Source: Anthoceros angustus
Lineage: Eukaryota; Plantae; Anthocerotophyta
DNA: 64,000 bases
Reading direction: 5' to 3'
Assembly: GCA_010909165.1 (NCBI GenBank)
Contig: MU008164.1
Span: 310,001 to 374,000 of the forward strand
Shown here: one piece after another, positions 12,200-24,813 of the stretch
Position numbering within the stretch: the first letter of the stretch is position 1
Layout of the letters: every line of letters begins with the position of its first letter
Notes under the pieces: model-generated
What the model was told of the DNA's origin: nothing
What the model saw: the letters and a program-made list of their open reading frames with translations, nothing else
Databases searched by the model: none
Position numbers and translations under genes: made by a program

Positions 12200-13600
12200 A
12201 TGCCGCTGCCTTTGCGGCTCCATCGAGAATTGCGCGCGGCAGTCATCTCGAGAAGTGTCGGCTTATGCCGGACTTCACCACCAGGTCGGGAAGGCTTCCA
12301 CACCGATTTCACTAACCGTCCCTTCTCCCCCTCAACGCCGCGCCATCTTGCCATGTTCCCGTTCATTCACAACCTTTGTCCTCACGTTTCCAGACTCTTG
12401 CCTTGCTTGGCTCGACCCCGAACAACATCGGATTCCTTCCCCGTCCTTTGCTTTTGCATTGCCTCCTTCACCATTTCACGCCATTCCTTTTATCAAGGCC
12501 ACAAGTGCATCGTTGTCCACCTCACACCACTCCATCGCATCCGCCCCGCACACCTCCTCTCCCTTGTCATCACACCTCCCTCCGCCGCCGCCATTCCTCA
12601 TCCGATTCTTGTGCGTGCGTGCCTCAGGACCCCGCCCCACGCGGTTGCCCCGCCACGTCCTCGGTTTTCGGCTTCTTACCGCTCCTCCCCCTCCTGCTCC
12701 CTCTCCTCTAATGCCCGCTGCGGCCTCCACACATCGAGAATTGCGCGTCGAGTCACTGCGAGAAGTGTCGGCTTATCTTGGACTTCACCACCGGTCGGGA
12801 AGGCTTGACACCGATTTCACTAACCGTCCCTTCTCCCCTCGGGCGTCGCGCCATCTTGCCATGTTCCCAGTTCATTCACAACCTTTGTCCTCACAGTTTC
12901 ACTCTTCTTGCCTTGCCCCGCTCGACCCCGAACAACATCGGATTCCTTCCCCGTCCTTTGCTTTTGCATTGCCTCCTTCACCATTTCACGCCATTCCTTT
13001 TATCAAGGCCACAAGTGCATCGTTGTCCACCTCACACCACTCCATCGCATCCGCCCCGCACACCTCCTCTCCCTTGTCATCACACCTCCCCTCCGCCGCC
13101 GCCATTCCTCATCCGATTCTTGTGCGTGCGTGCCTCAGGACCCCGCCCCACGCGGTTGCCCCGCCACGTCCTCGGTTTTCGGCTTCTTACCGCTCCTCCC
13201 CCTCCTGCTCCCTCTCCTCTAATGCCCGCTGCGGCCTCCACACATCGAGAATTGCGCGTCGAGTCACTGCGAGAAGTGTCGGCTTATCTTGGACTTCACC
13301 ACCGGTCGGGAAGGCTTGACACCGATTTCACTAACCGTCCCTTCTCCCCCTCGGGCGTCGCGCCATCTTGCCATGTTCCCAGTTCATTCACAACCTTTGT
13401 CCTCACAGTTTCACTCTTCTTGCCTTGCCCCGCTCGACCCCGAACAACATATTCCCTTCCTTCCTGTCCTTTGCATTGCCTCCTTGACCATTTCACGCCA
13501 TTCCTTTTTATCAAGGCACGCGGCATCGTTGTCCACCTCACACCACTCCATCAACATCCGGTTCCTGCACCCTCCTCTCCCTTGTCATCACACCTCCCCT
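12200..13600. repeat. Tandem repeat, 511-bp period, ~2.7 copies, C/T-rich on + strand
   Basis: CATCGAGAATTGCGCG occurs at 12221, 12732 and 13243. Confidence 0.9.
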
Positions 13601-14499
13601 TGGCGGTCGCCATTCCTCATCCAGTTCTTGTCGTGCGTGATCAGGACCCTTGCGGGTTGCCACATCCTCGGTTTTCGGTTTGCCTTCGCGGTCCCAACCA
13701 CCTCCGTGTTGCCATGGGCTGCCTCCACATGTCCTTGCATGAATACCGCCAAGATGCCAAGCAGCACGCAACGTCCGCATAAGCATCATCAACGTGTGTA
13801 CAAATTGAACAAGACGTTCTTGTCAATCCAGTCTCGAAACACCCACCTCATCGATAGCAAAGCATCATCACCCACCTGCTCAATTCGCGAACGCAATGCT
13901 CCAAGTCCGCGTCTGCAGGATATTCCACGCCCATGTCCTCAACCGCCATTGGTTGGCTGCCATGTTCCTTGTCCCTCACAACTCCGGTGTCTATGTAGGA
14001 TGCGGTGGCGTGAGGCGCGCGCTGCCTGGATCGAGGTGGGTGGATGAGCGGTAGATCCAGCTTGCCTCCTCATCCTCCCCACCCACCTGGGGCGGCGCCG
14101 CCGACGCGGCCGGCGCCGCCGCGGTGCTCCAAGCGGGGTATCGATGTCCAAACTCACTCCGCCATTGCCATCTGCCGGGACGCCACCGCGCCATGTGAAG
14201 GCATTGGCTTGCCCCCTTCCTGATAGTTGCCAAGCCAAGGGTCGCCACTGCCAAAATTCAAAGCTCTTCATATGGAAAGCCTTTGTTTGCAAACTGGTCG
14301 GCCGGCTGTCATTATTGCACGGAAATCGCCTCCTCACTGCCCCTTTCTCCTTCGCCATAATGACTAGTGTTTTATATTACGACAACTTGTAGTCCCTTGC
14401 CCACAATTGAGCGCAGATCTAGAAGAGGTCATCATTGCATTGCCGATAATCGTCGCCATGTGAACACCGCCATCAAGACCACGGTATTTATCGTCACGT

Positions 14500-17400
14500 G
14501 GTTACGCCCCATGGCCACATTACGTTCTGATCCGGAGGTTCCGCCCCATCTTCGTAGTGTCACTGGTTACGCTGCCTTCCAATGGAGCCACATTACGTTC
14601 GCTGGTCCGGAGGTTGCCCATCCTCGGCCCATAGGCCACATGCCATGCGCTATATGGCTCCGCCCACTCGCCTCGTGTCCCTCCATCCCTCGCCGTGGGT
14701 ACGGCGATGGCCCACCTATGTTTTCATCCCCGCTCCGGATGAAAGATGCATCGTCACGATGGCGGACACAACGGACCATCTATTGAGCGCACTCATACAC
14801 AAACTTTCTCCGTATTTACAATGTCAAATCCGGCGACCACGCATCGATGGCCTTGTCCCTCCCGGCGACACTGTACCATCTAACCTTCAACAAAATTGGC
14901 TTAAACTCATGCGAGAACTGCAGCGGAGTATTTGTTCTATGTGCCCGTAGAACGGGCGCTCCTCTTCAATGTCGCCACCGGCCCCATCATGAAAACCGCC
15001 ACCGCACTATCCTTTGTACTCCGGCGACGTTTGTCCGCCTCCACTGTTCTGAGGTGGCTGCCTTTGTTCCACATGTGGCTATATGCCACCGCTGCAACGA
15101 GCCCATCCATGATTGCGGTCACTTCGTGGGTCATGCAAGGATGCCCATCCCATGCGTTAGCCCTTCTTCCATATATCCAGCGAAAGTCCGTCGACCATCC
15201 TTGCACCGTTTGTCCTAACTTCTTCCTCGTACATGTCCAAGAACGCCGCAGCACCTCTGTGTGATACATAAGCACATATCTGCTGGCCTCCACTGGCATC
15301 CATAATGTACGGGCCGACACCCAGCACCTTCTCCCCCGTCGTCTCCACCATGCTTCTCCCACGTGAGCGTAAACGCGGAGAAATGTCATGCCGAAATGCA
15401 AACTCTCCTCACGCATGTACCCCACCGCTATGACTCGGGTCTCACAAGGCCGTCAGACCGCGCCTCGGATCCTAAATATCTCTCCACGGGTACATCCACC
15501 TAGTGTGAACTGGGCCCAAAGCGCCACCTCGTCCACTAAGTGTAATATGAGGTGGGTTGATATATCAAACATCTTGGGAAATTGCTTCTCGAGAGCACAT
15601 TACCCTCATCGCCTCTACTGTGCTTGGATGTCCCAGCAGATCGTCCCGGGCAAATCCACCGAAGGCGCCCTAGCTTTACAACACATATGTGCGCTGGCGT
15701 GCCTCCACGGCATCCATAATCGACACCCAAAGACCTTCTCCCCATACTCGTCATCCCATGCTTCTCCCACGTGAGTAATAGCGGAGAAATGTCATGCCGA
15801 AATGCAAACTCTCCTCACGCATGTACCCCACCGCTGACTCGGGTCTCTACTGTCAGACCGTCCGCTTCGGATCCTAAATATCTCCACCGGGTACATCCAC
15901 CTAGTGTGAACTGGGCCCAAAGGCCACCTCGTCCACTAAGTGTAATATGAGGTGGGTTGATATATCAAACATCTTGGGAAATTGCTTCTCGAGAGAGCAC
16001 ATTACCCTCATCGCCTCTACTGTGCTTGGATGTCCCGACGCAGATCGTCTCCGGCAAATCCAGAAGGCGCCCTAGCTTTACAACCGCCTTGTACACCTCT
16101 CGCTCTATGCACCCCGGGAGCGATGGGGAATATGATTTCCAACATAATGTGCCACCATGGCATTTCAGCGCCAACTTTCCCGCTTTCCACCTTAGCTATG
16201 TTGGACCCATACGTGGGCTTGATGCGCGTTTAATGCCCTCAATCACGGTCTTCAAGTCCGACAATAAAACGTCTGGCGCTGCTGTATTGGCCATCGCCAC
16301 CTGTGCCACAACCATCTTTTCCTCCGCTTGCTACCATGTCCATGCGAAGCAATGTCATCTCGCTCTCCGTCGGCGTGTGCCATATGGCCTCTGCATTGTT
16401 TTTCCACGTGCATCACATCCTTTGGCCCACACAAGCATGTGGCCAAGATGGCGAGACTCGAACAAGGACGACATTCTCTCGGTTCCAAAGTTGCCCGGAC
16501 GGACGTCTGCAGGTGTCGCGCTTCTCTGCGTGCCATATCCGCTCACAATATCATCGAACGTTGGCGGCTTTGGTTTGTCGGAGGTCCGCCACCATCAAAC
16601 CAATCGCATCCTCCCACCGTCCCACCGTCATTAGCGGTAGCCACCACGCGATCCGACATAACGGGCTTTTCAAATCGGAATAGCGAGAATCAAGGTCCAC
16701 CAAGAATCGACACGCCGCTTCCTCTCACTTGCAATCCGGTGAGGGTACCCAACCGGTGTAATCGGCAATGATGTAATCAGCGAACTTGAAATGCCTCTTA
16801 GGATGGTTTACCGGCATTGAGAAATCTTCCATGTCCACCCCTCCATAACTCTTGAGTTCATCTACCGTGGTGCCATGTACACATCGAAATTTTTAACCAT
16901 CCTCCCCGCACAATCGTGAGGCATGATGACATGCGTCCTTTGTCTGGCCCAAGGTGGCATGTTGTGCACAAATACCAAAACCGCCATATGGACGTGTTTG
17001 AGATTCAGGCCAAACGGGTTGAACCCGTCTGGATAATGCTAACCTCAAGTTCCTCGGCTCATCGCCGAAACCATCAATGCATCTAGTGCTCTCCATGCCG
17101 GGTATCCGCCATCATGGACATGTCCCCATTCTCGCTTTGCCTCCCGACATACCAAGTCATCAAGCTGCTATTTCCGCCATTCAAACATGCGTTTGATCGC
17201 GGTTTCAAGGGAAAATGCCGAGGACCTTCCGAGGACTCGGCCGTTCATCAAACCCATCCGAACGCGTCCCACACTTTGGGCAATGGTTGCGATCCGCGCC
17301 CACACAAGCATGTGACGCCAAGATGGCGAGACTACGAACAAGGGCGACATTCTCCGGTTCCAAAGTTGCCCGGCCCGGCGGGCGTCTGCGGTGTCGCCTT

Positions 17401-20400
17401 CTCTGCGTGCCATATCCGTCACAATATCATCGAACGTTGGCGGCTTTGGTTTGGTCGGAGGTCCGCCACCATCAAACCAATCGCATCCTCCCACCGTCCC
17501 GCTCATTGCGGTAGCCACGGCGCGATCCGACATAAAGCGGGCTTTTCAAATCTGGAATAGCGAGAATCAAGGTCCAGCCAGCAATCGACACACGCTCGCT
17601 TCCCTCTCACTTGCAATCCGGTGAGGGTACCCAACCCCGGGTAATCGGCAATGATGTGCAGAACCGCTGCGCGTAACTTGAAATGCCTCTTAGGATGGTT
17701 TACCGGCATTGAGAAATCTTCCATGTCCACCCCCCTCCATAACTCTTCGAGTTCATCTACCAGGGGTGCCATGTACACATCGAAATTTTTAACCATCCCC
17801 GGCACAATCGAGGCATGATGACATGCGTCCTTTGTCTTGGCCAAGGTGGCATGTTGTGCACAAATACCAAAACCGGCCATATGGGCGTGTTTGCGAACAC
17901 CAAACGGGTTGAACCGTGGATAATGCTAACCTCAAGTTCCTCGGCTCATCGCCGAAACCAGCATCTAGTGCTCTCCATCTTCCGCCATCATGGACATGTC
18001 CCCATTCTCGCTTTGCCTCCCGACATACCAAGTCATCAAATCTATTTCCGCCATTGAAACATGCGTTTGATCGCGGTTTCAAAATGCGGAGGACCTTCCG
18101 AGGACTCGACCCGTTCATCAAACCCATCCGAACGCGTCCCACACTTTGGGCAATGGTTGCGGTCCCGTACTCGCCCACAGGCGTCTTTCTCACAAGCATG
18201 GATTTTCTCATATCGGGGCCAAATAGGTGCAAGGACTTGGCCTCGTACATGTCCTTAACGCTCGTCCGGCAAAAATCCACACTTAAGATCTTTAAGAGGG
18301 TCAACGCGACGTCACCGATGTCAAACATGGTTTGCCAAGACAACAACAACGGTGGCGCTTAGCTCTCTTCGCTTTCACCGCCTGCTCACACCGGTATAAA
18401 GCCTCGCCAGCAACCGACAAGCGGTGCGCGGTTCCTCCGTGCCAAGTGCATGATCGCTTTGAAAGTCGTCACGTGCATCACATCCTTTGGCGCCCACAAG
18501 CATGTGGCGGACTACGAACAAGGGCGACATTCTCTCGGTTCCAAAGTTGCCCCCGGGGTCTGCTCTGCGTGCCATATCCGTCACAATATCATCGAACGTT
18601 GGCGGCTTTGGTTTGGTCGGAGGTCCGCTCCATCAAACCAATCGCATCCTCCCACCGTCCCTCATTATTGTAGCCAGCGCGATCCGACATAAAGCGGGCT
18701 TTTCAAATCTCGGAATAGCGAGAATCAAGGTCCGGAATCGACACACGCTCGCTTCCTCTCACTTGCAATCCGGTGAGGTACCCAACCCCGGTGTCGGCAA
18801 TGATGTCGCGGCTGCTGAAATGCCTCTTAGGATGGTTTCGGCATTGAGAAATCTTCCATGTCCACCCCTCCATAACTCTTGAGTTCATCTACCGGTGCCA
18901 TGTAGACATCGAAATTTTTAACCATCCCCGGTCCTGGCACAATCAGAGGCATGATGACATGCGTCCTTTGTGCTGGCCCAGGGTGGCATGTTGTGCACAA
19001 ATACCAAAACCGGCCATATGGGCGTGTTTGCGGACCAAAGCAGGTTGAACTGCCGTGGATAATGCTAACCTCAAGTTCCTCGGCTCATCGCCGAAACCAT
19101 CAAGCGCATCTAGTGCTCTCCATGCGGGTATCCGCCATCATGGACATGTCCCCATTCTCGCTTTGCCTCCCGACATACCAAGTCATCAATCGCTATTTCC
19201 GCCATTGAAACATGCGTTTGATCGCGGTTTCAAGGGAAAATGCGGAGGACCTTCCGAGGACTCCGGCCGTTCATCAAACCCATCCACGAACACGTCCCAC
19301 ACTTTGGGCAATGGTTGCGGTCCCGTACTCGCCCACAGCGAGCGTCTTTCTCACAAGCATGGATTTTCTCATATCGGGGCCAAATAGGTGCGATGACTTG
19401 GCCTCGTACATGTCCTTGGTAACTCGTTGGCGGCAAAAATCCACACTTAAGATCTTTAAGAGGGTACGTGCGTGTCGATGTCAAACATGGTTTGCCAAGA
19501 CAACAACAACTGGCGCTTAGCCGGCTCTCTTCGCTTTCACCGCCTGCGGTATAAAGGCGTCTGCCCGCAGCGACAAGCGGATTACTCTGCGCGGTTCCCT
19601 CCGTGCCAAGTGCATGATCGATTGCTTCCAAGTCGTCCACAGTGCATATGAGGTACATCTTCACATCCTGCCGTTCCTCGTCCATGCTCTCCACATCGGA
19701 GCCGCCACTTTGGTCGCCCCATTGCCTTCATTGTCTACCATACTCCTGAGCCCGTTTCCGTCCGTCTGCGGTGGAGAGCGCCTTCAAGGCCTCCGCCACC
19801 GCTGTCCAAACTTGGCTCCACTGCGCGGATAAACCTCGAATGCAAATTAGAGAGAGTGCGCACGCATAGCTGCCGCGAGCCCGGGAGGTACCGCCGCAAC
19901 AAAGTGCCTTGAGATGTGCTGGAATCCGCCCACGAGGTCGCCACACCGACGGCATGGACAAAACATGTAAACCTCATTTGCAAATCGGGCATCTTGCACG
20001 TGGTCCCGACCGGTGTCGACGACAAGCGGCAATCGGCGGCACGCGCGCAACTATGAATGCATAGACTGCCGGAATTCATGTCCAATTCACAACGACCTCA
20101 TGCACGCGTAGTGCGGGCATCACGCCGCAGCGCAGACGGCCACCTCCAAATCGAGAACCGGTCCTTCAACATTAGAGCACCTCGGGCGATGAGCCGTCCG
20201 TCGATGGCATCGGAGAGAAGGGGTTGTGGATTCACGCCATGTTCATCGGCGGTGAGAGCGGCCGGATGGGATGAATCATTGCATTGGCGGGATGTCCCGG
20301 GCTGAATAAACACTCCCGACATTGAGCGCACCGGGCAGCAGTGGTGAGGTGACGTGGCGGCGGCTATTGAAAGGGAGGAGATGAGCGAACGTTAGCGGTG

Positions 20401-22050
20401 GGCAGCAACGGCACATCGCTGCCGGTGAGTCATTGCACTTGCAAACATGTGTTCGGGCTAAACAGATGCCCCACCTCCTTCACAATTTTACATTCAAACC
20501 CGACGGAAGCGGTTGCATTGAAAGGAAGCGGAAGATGCGACGAGGCGCCCATCCTGCCGCAGCCACCTCCTTGATTTGCACTGTCCATAGCGAGGATAGT
20601 GTTGAGCTCATGCTCTCAAAGTCTCTATACAACTCCCATGTTGCGTGCGCCATTGAAACATGCGTTTTTCGCGGTTTCAAGGGAAAATGCGGAGGACCTT
20701 CCGAGGACTCCGACCGTTCATCAAACCCATCCGAACGCGTCCCACACTTTGGGCAATGGTTGCGGTCCCGTGCCAGCGAGCAGTCTTTCTCACAAGCATG
20801 GATTTTCTCATATCGGGGCCAAATAGGTGCAGTTGACTTGGCCTCGTACATGTCCTTGGTAACTCGTTCGACCGGCAAAAATCCACACTTAAGATCTTTA
20901 AGAGGGTCATTAATCGTCCGATGTCAAACATGGTTTGCCAAGACAACAACAAGATGTGGCGCTTAGCTCTCTTCGCTTTCACCCTTTATTCACCTTTGGT
21001 ATAAAGGCGTCTCGCCGGTAGCGACAAGTTACGCGGTTCCCTCCGTGCCAAGTGCATGATCGCTTCCGGCAAGTCGAGTGCATATGAGGTACATCTTCAC
21101 ATCCGTTCCTCGTCCATGCTCTCCACATCGGAGCCGCCACTTTGGTCGCCCCATTGCCTTGTTGTCTCGCATTTCATACTCCTGAGCCCGTTTCCGATCC
21201 GTGCGGTGGAGACGCCTTCAAGGCCTCCGCCACCGCTGTCCAAACTTGGCTCCACTGCGCGGATAAACCTCGGAATGCAAATTAGAGAGCAATGGTGCGG
21301 CATAAGCTTACGCGCCGGAGCCGTGGCAGCGCCAAGCGTGCGATCTTGAGATGTGCGCTGGAATCCACGAGGTCGCCACACCGCAGCATGGACAAAACAT
21401 GTAAACCTCATTTGCAAATCGGGGCATCTTGCACGTGGTCCCGACCCGGTGTCGACGACAAGCAGCAATCAGGCGGCACGGCACAGGCAAACTATGAATG
21501 CCGCAGACTCGCACTGTGAATTCATGTCCAATTCACGACCCTCAGCACGCGCTGCGGGTGCGGCATCACGCCGCAGCGCAGACGCGTCACCTCCAAATCG
21601 AGAACCAGTCCTTCAAGATTAGAGCACCTCAGACGATGAGTCGTCCGTCGATGGCATCGAGAGGGAATGCGGTTGTGGATTCACGCCATGTTCATCCCGG
21701 TGAGAGCGGCCGGATGGGATGAATCATTGCATTGGCGGGATGTCACGGGCGAATAAACACTCCCGACATTGAGCGCACCGTCGTGAGGTGGTGGCGGCTA
21801 TTGAAAGGGAGGAGATGAGCAAAGCGGGGCAGCAGCGGTGACTCACATGATGGTGAGTCATTGCACTTGCAAACATGTGTTCGGGCTGATGCCCCACCTC
21901 CTTCACAATTTTACATTCAAACCCGGAAGCGGTTGCATTGAAAGGAAGCGGAAGATGCTCGGCCGAGGCGCCCATCCTTGCGCAGCCACCTCCTTGATTT
22001 GCACCGTCCATAGCGAGGATAGTGTTGAGCTCATGCTCTCAAAGTCTCTA
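14500..22050 (-). pseudogene. CACTA Tnp2 transposase, frameshifted with repeated segments
   Basis: YMFCPCRRC (transposase-associated domain, ~19960 and ~21395), HCPKCGT, PG..KNFDVYMAPLVDELEELWRGV...FKLRAAVLHIIADYPGLGTLTG...ACVDC (Transposase_21, 17503-17880), and WMYPVERYLGS...GYMREE (DUF4218-like, ~15400-15500). Confidence 0.9.
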
Positions 22051-22579
22051 TACAACTCCCATGTTGCGTGCGCCATTGCGGTGAAAGGCGGTGCACCCGG
22101 TGGCCGCACGTGTTCCATGCCGTCTCCGCCCCCAAGTCCATTCTTGTGGTGTGTGTAGCTTGACCATAGTGGCGCTCGGATGTGAAGCCCCACAACGGCT
22201 TTGTTCTATCCAAACAATCGACTCAAGTTCCGCGAAATCCTCCGGATCGTGGCCTGCAAAAGTGTAGCTTGATGCGACTTGCCTCTTCCTCCCATTGGGA
22301 AATTGCTGCAGTTGGCGGCGCGGCGACGGACGGCGCCGTCCCAAAGCAGAATCCTCCCCGCCTTCCTCTCTTCAGACGCAAGGTGGGGAGTGTTGTGTCT
22401 GTTGCCTTCCCTTCCCTCTCAACCTCCCTTTCGCCTTCAACTTCGAGGCTTGCGAAAGTCCCCGCCTTCGTTTCCACCTCGATCCATCACGGTTTGGAGG
22501 GCAGACACTTGTATAGTTTGCCGGCTGCAGCGGCCACTATCCGGAGGAGGGCAACGCCGCGATGGCAAAGGATCCCAAA

Positions 22580-23095
22580 GTTTGTGAATCCATATTACAT
22601 CCATCGGCACACGGTGCACGATTGACACGCGTCAAACATAAGTGACGTGGGTGGCGGTGACATGTCATGTCTGCTCCACGGTATGGATGGGCACCAACCC
22701 CTATCCATCCATTCCGCGAAGTGGACATGACAGGTCATCGACTTTTATTGCAGGTGTTGATGAGTAGTACACGTGGTACAAATGGAGGAAGCACATTTCC
22801 ACCTCGATCCATCACGGTTTGGAGGCGGACACTTGTATAGTTTTGCCACTATCCGGAGGAGGAACACGCGATGGCAAAGGATCCCAAAGTTTGTGAATCC
22901 ATATGGCATCCATCGGCCACGGTGCACGATTGACACGCGTCAAACATAAGTGGCGTGGGTGGCGGTGACATGTCATGCGCTCCACGGTATGGATGGGCAC
23001 CAACCCCTATCCATCCATTCCGCGAAGTGGACATGACAGGTCATCGACTTTTATTGCAGGTGTTGATGAGTAGTACACGTGGTACAAATGGAGGA
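22580..23095. repeat. Tandem duplication, ~309-bp period
   Basis: GTTTGTGAATCCATAT occurs at ~22580 and ~22889, with shared downstream sequence. Confidence 0.85.
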
Positions 23096-24813
23096 ATAAC
23101 ATTTCCCAACGCCGCCTTTAAGAATGGTGAAAGTATACCCCAGAACGTGAGGTATAACCTGGCCCCCCGAACACGACGACTGTCATGCCCAAGAGACGGC
23201 AAAAGCCGTGGCCGGCGCTCGCCCTTCGTGGCCGTGATGAGAGCAACCTCCGTCCATCGGGCCGATGGCCATCGCCGTGAACAGGGAACTGCAGCCCTCT
23301 TCCTCGATGGCCATCGTCAGTTCGCGGCCGTGTGACGCAGCAATATCCACACAATCCTGCAATGTTCCAGGCAACATCGAAGGTGAGGAAATGAACGTTT
23401 CAGGCATCATATAAAGAGAAATCCAAACATCCACGAGGTTGAAAGAAATGATCGCCCACACAGGTCACCTGGCTTGTGAAACGAGGTTTCACAACTGCGA
23501 TTTGTGCCCGACACCTTCCATGCCACATGAGGTTGGATACCATGCTGCCACTCCGTGACCATTGACAGACTTCCACATTGCCACCCCAATGGCGGATTCC
23601 CAGATTTGCATGCACACAGAAGACACTGCCCCACTAAGATGGGCGAGCTCAACGCCTCCAGCCGCGCTGGGGTCCTTGATGGCCATCGGCGAGGGGCGGT
23701 GTGCGGAGATGGAGAGAACAACAAACCAATGGTGGTTCGTTCGATCCCACCAGGGCGCCTCCAACGCGAAGTTGGTTTCCTACACATGCCCATGGCAATT
23801 GCAGACGGATGAAGAGAGGAGGAGGGCAAGGGTTGGGAGTGGTGCAGCCTCGACTATTCCACAAGGGCGAGCCGCTTGAGGAGCAACAGATCGCCACAAC
23901 CATGAAGCGGAGGCCTGCAAGGTCATTTAAACCGTGCATGCAGATGAGGGCCGCCGTGGGCAACCACTTGTGCGTCATGGCGAATGGAGGAACAGTCGAG
24001 GAATCTTTCATGTCGACTGCCGTAGGAAAACGCAGCATGGCGTGCTTTCCGGCTATCGATTTCCATGAATGACCACTATTGCAAGGTGCAATGAGGATGG
24101 CGGTCGGTTAGTGCGGGCATAGAGTGGCGCGGATTCCAATGCCAGTGCTCTACTGCGTGATATGATAAAAAAAGGCCACAAACGTCCGTCTTCCAGTGAC
24201 GTGAGGGTTGTCGTCATTGCAGTTTTTCACAATTTCAGCCTAGTGTCATCCACCTGCCATGTCTCCTAGTTGATGGTCGGCGAAGCACCGCCTCCGACAG
24301 ACATTATTCGCTGATGTACGCAGGCATGGCGGCAGGATCTTATTTGCGATTCTACGGTGGTTCAACGATCTCTCTTAGGCTGTCAAAGAGGAGCAGAGGT
24401 CGACAAGTGCGATGCCTGTGTGCCAGGAAATGATGATCACGGTCTTCCTTACATCACGGGACATGGCCGCCAAATGCTCACCATCACTTATTGGCAATGG
24501 CGCACAGTGTCGACATTAGCGGTATCTTCACTTTGATGAAGGCAACCAAGTCAAGTGGGTTTCGAAGTAGGATACATCGTAGGGTTCGACCTACCACTTG
24601 TCCTTTTGTCATGGCATATTGTATGCGGGCCATGTACTTGCAAGGATCATAATAGACGAATGGGCGATGTTTATTGCTATTGTGGTTATAATGTCCGCCC
24701 GCAAAGGGAAAGGCGGGAAACCTGAATGTAGGTGGCCTGCTGGATGATCTCCGCCCCACTCCTTCCCTCCTCCACCCGTCACCACAAGGTTACGACGGGA
24801 GTGAAATAACTAC

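Larger units (their letters stand above)
14362..24245 (-). mobile_element. CACTA (En/Spm) DNA transposon, decayed and internally duplicated
   Basis: Tnp2 motifs lie on the minus strand. The right end reads CACTAGGCTGAAATTGTGAAAAACTGCAATGACGACAACCC on the minus strand, ending at 24245. A degenerate left end, GACTAGTG...ATTACGACAAC, starts at 14362 and shares the ACGACAAC subterminal motif. No matching 3-bp TSD was confirmed. Confidence 0.7.

Noticed and set aside
10355-14358. Long Pro/Ser/His-rich ORFs of up to 354 aa
   Set aside because: They overlap in several frames, derive from C-rich tandem repeats poor in stop codons, and show no recognisable domain.
24776-24813. Plus-strand Helitron end (CCCGTC...GACGGG hairpin then CTAC|T)
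   Set aside because: It ends in CTAC rather than CTRR, and the same leading motif at 27237 and 29949 has no hairpin. Too weak to call.
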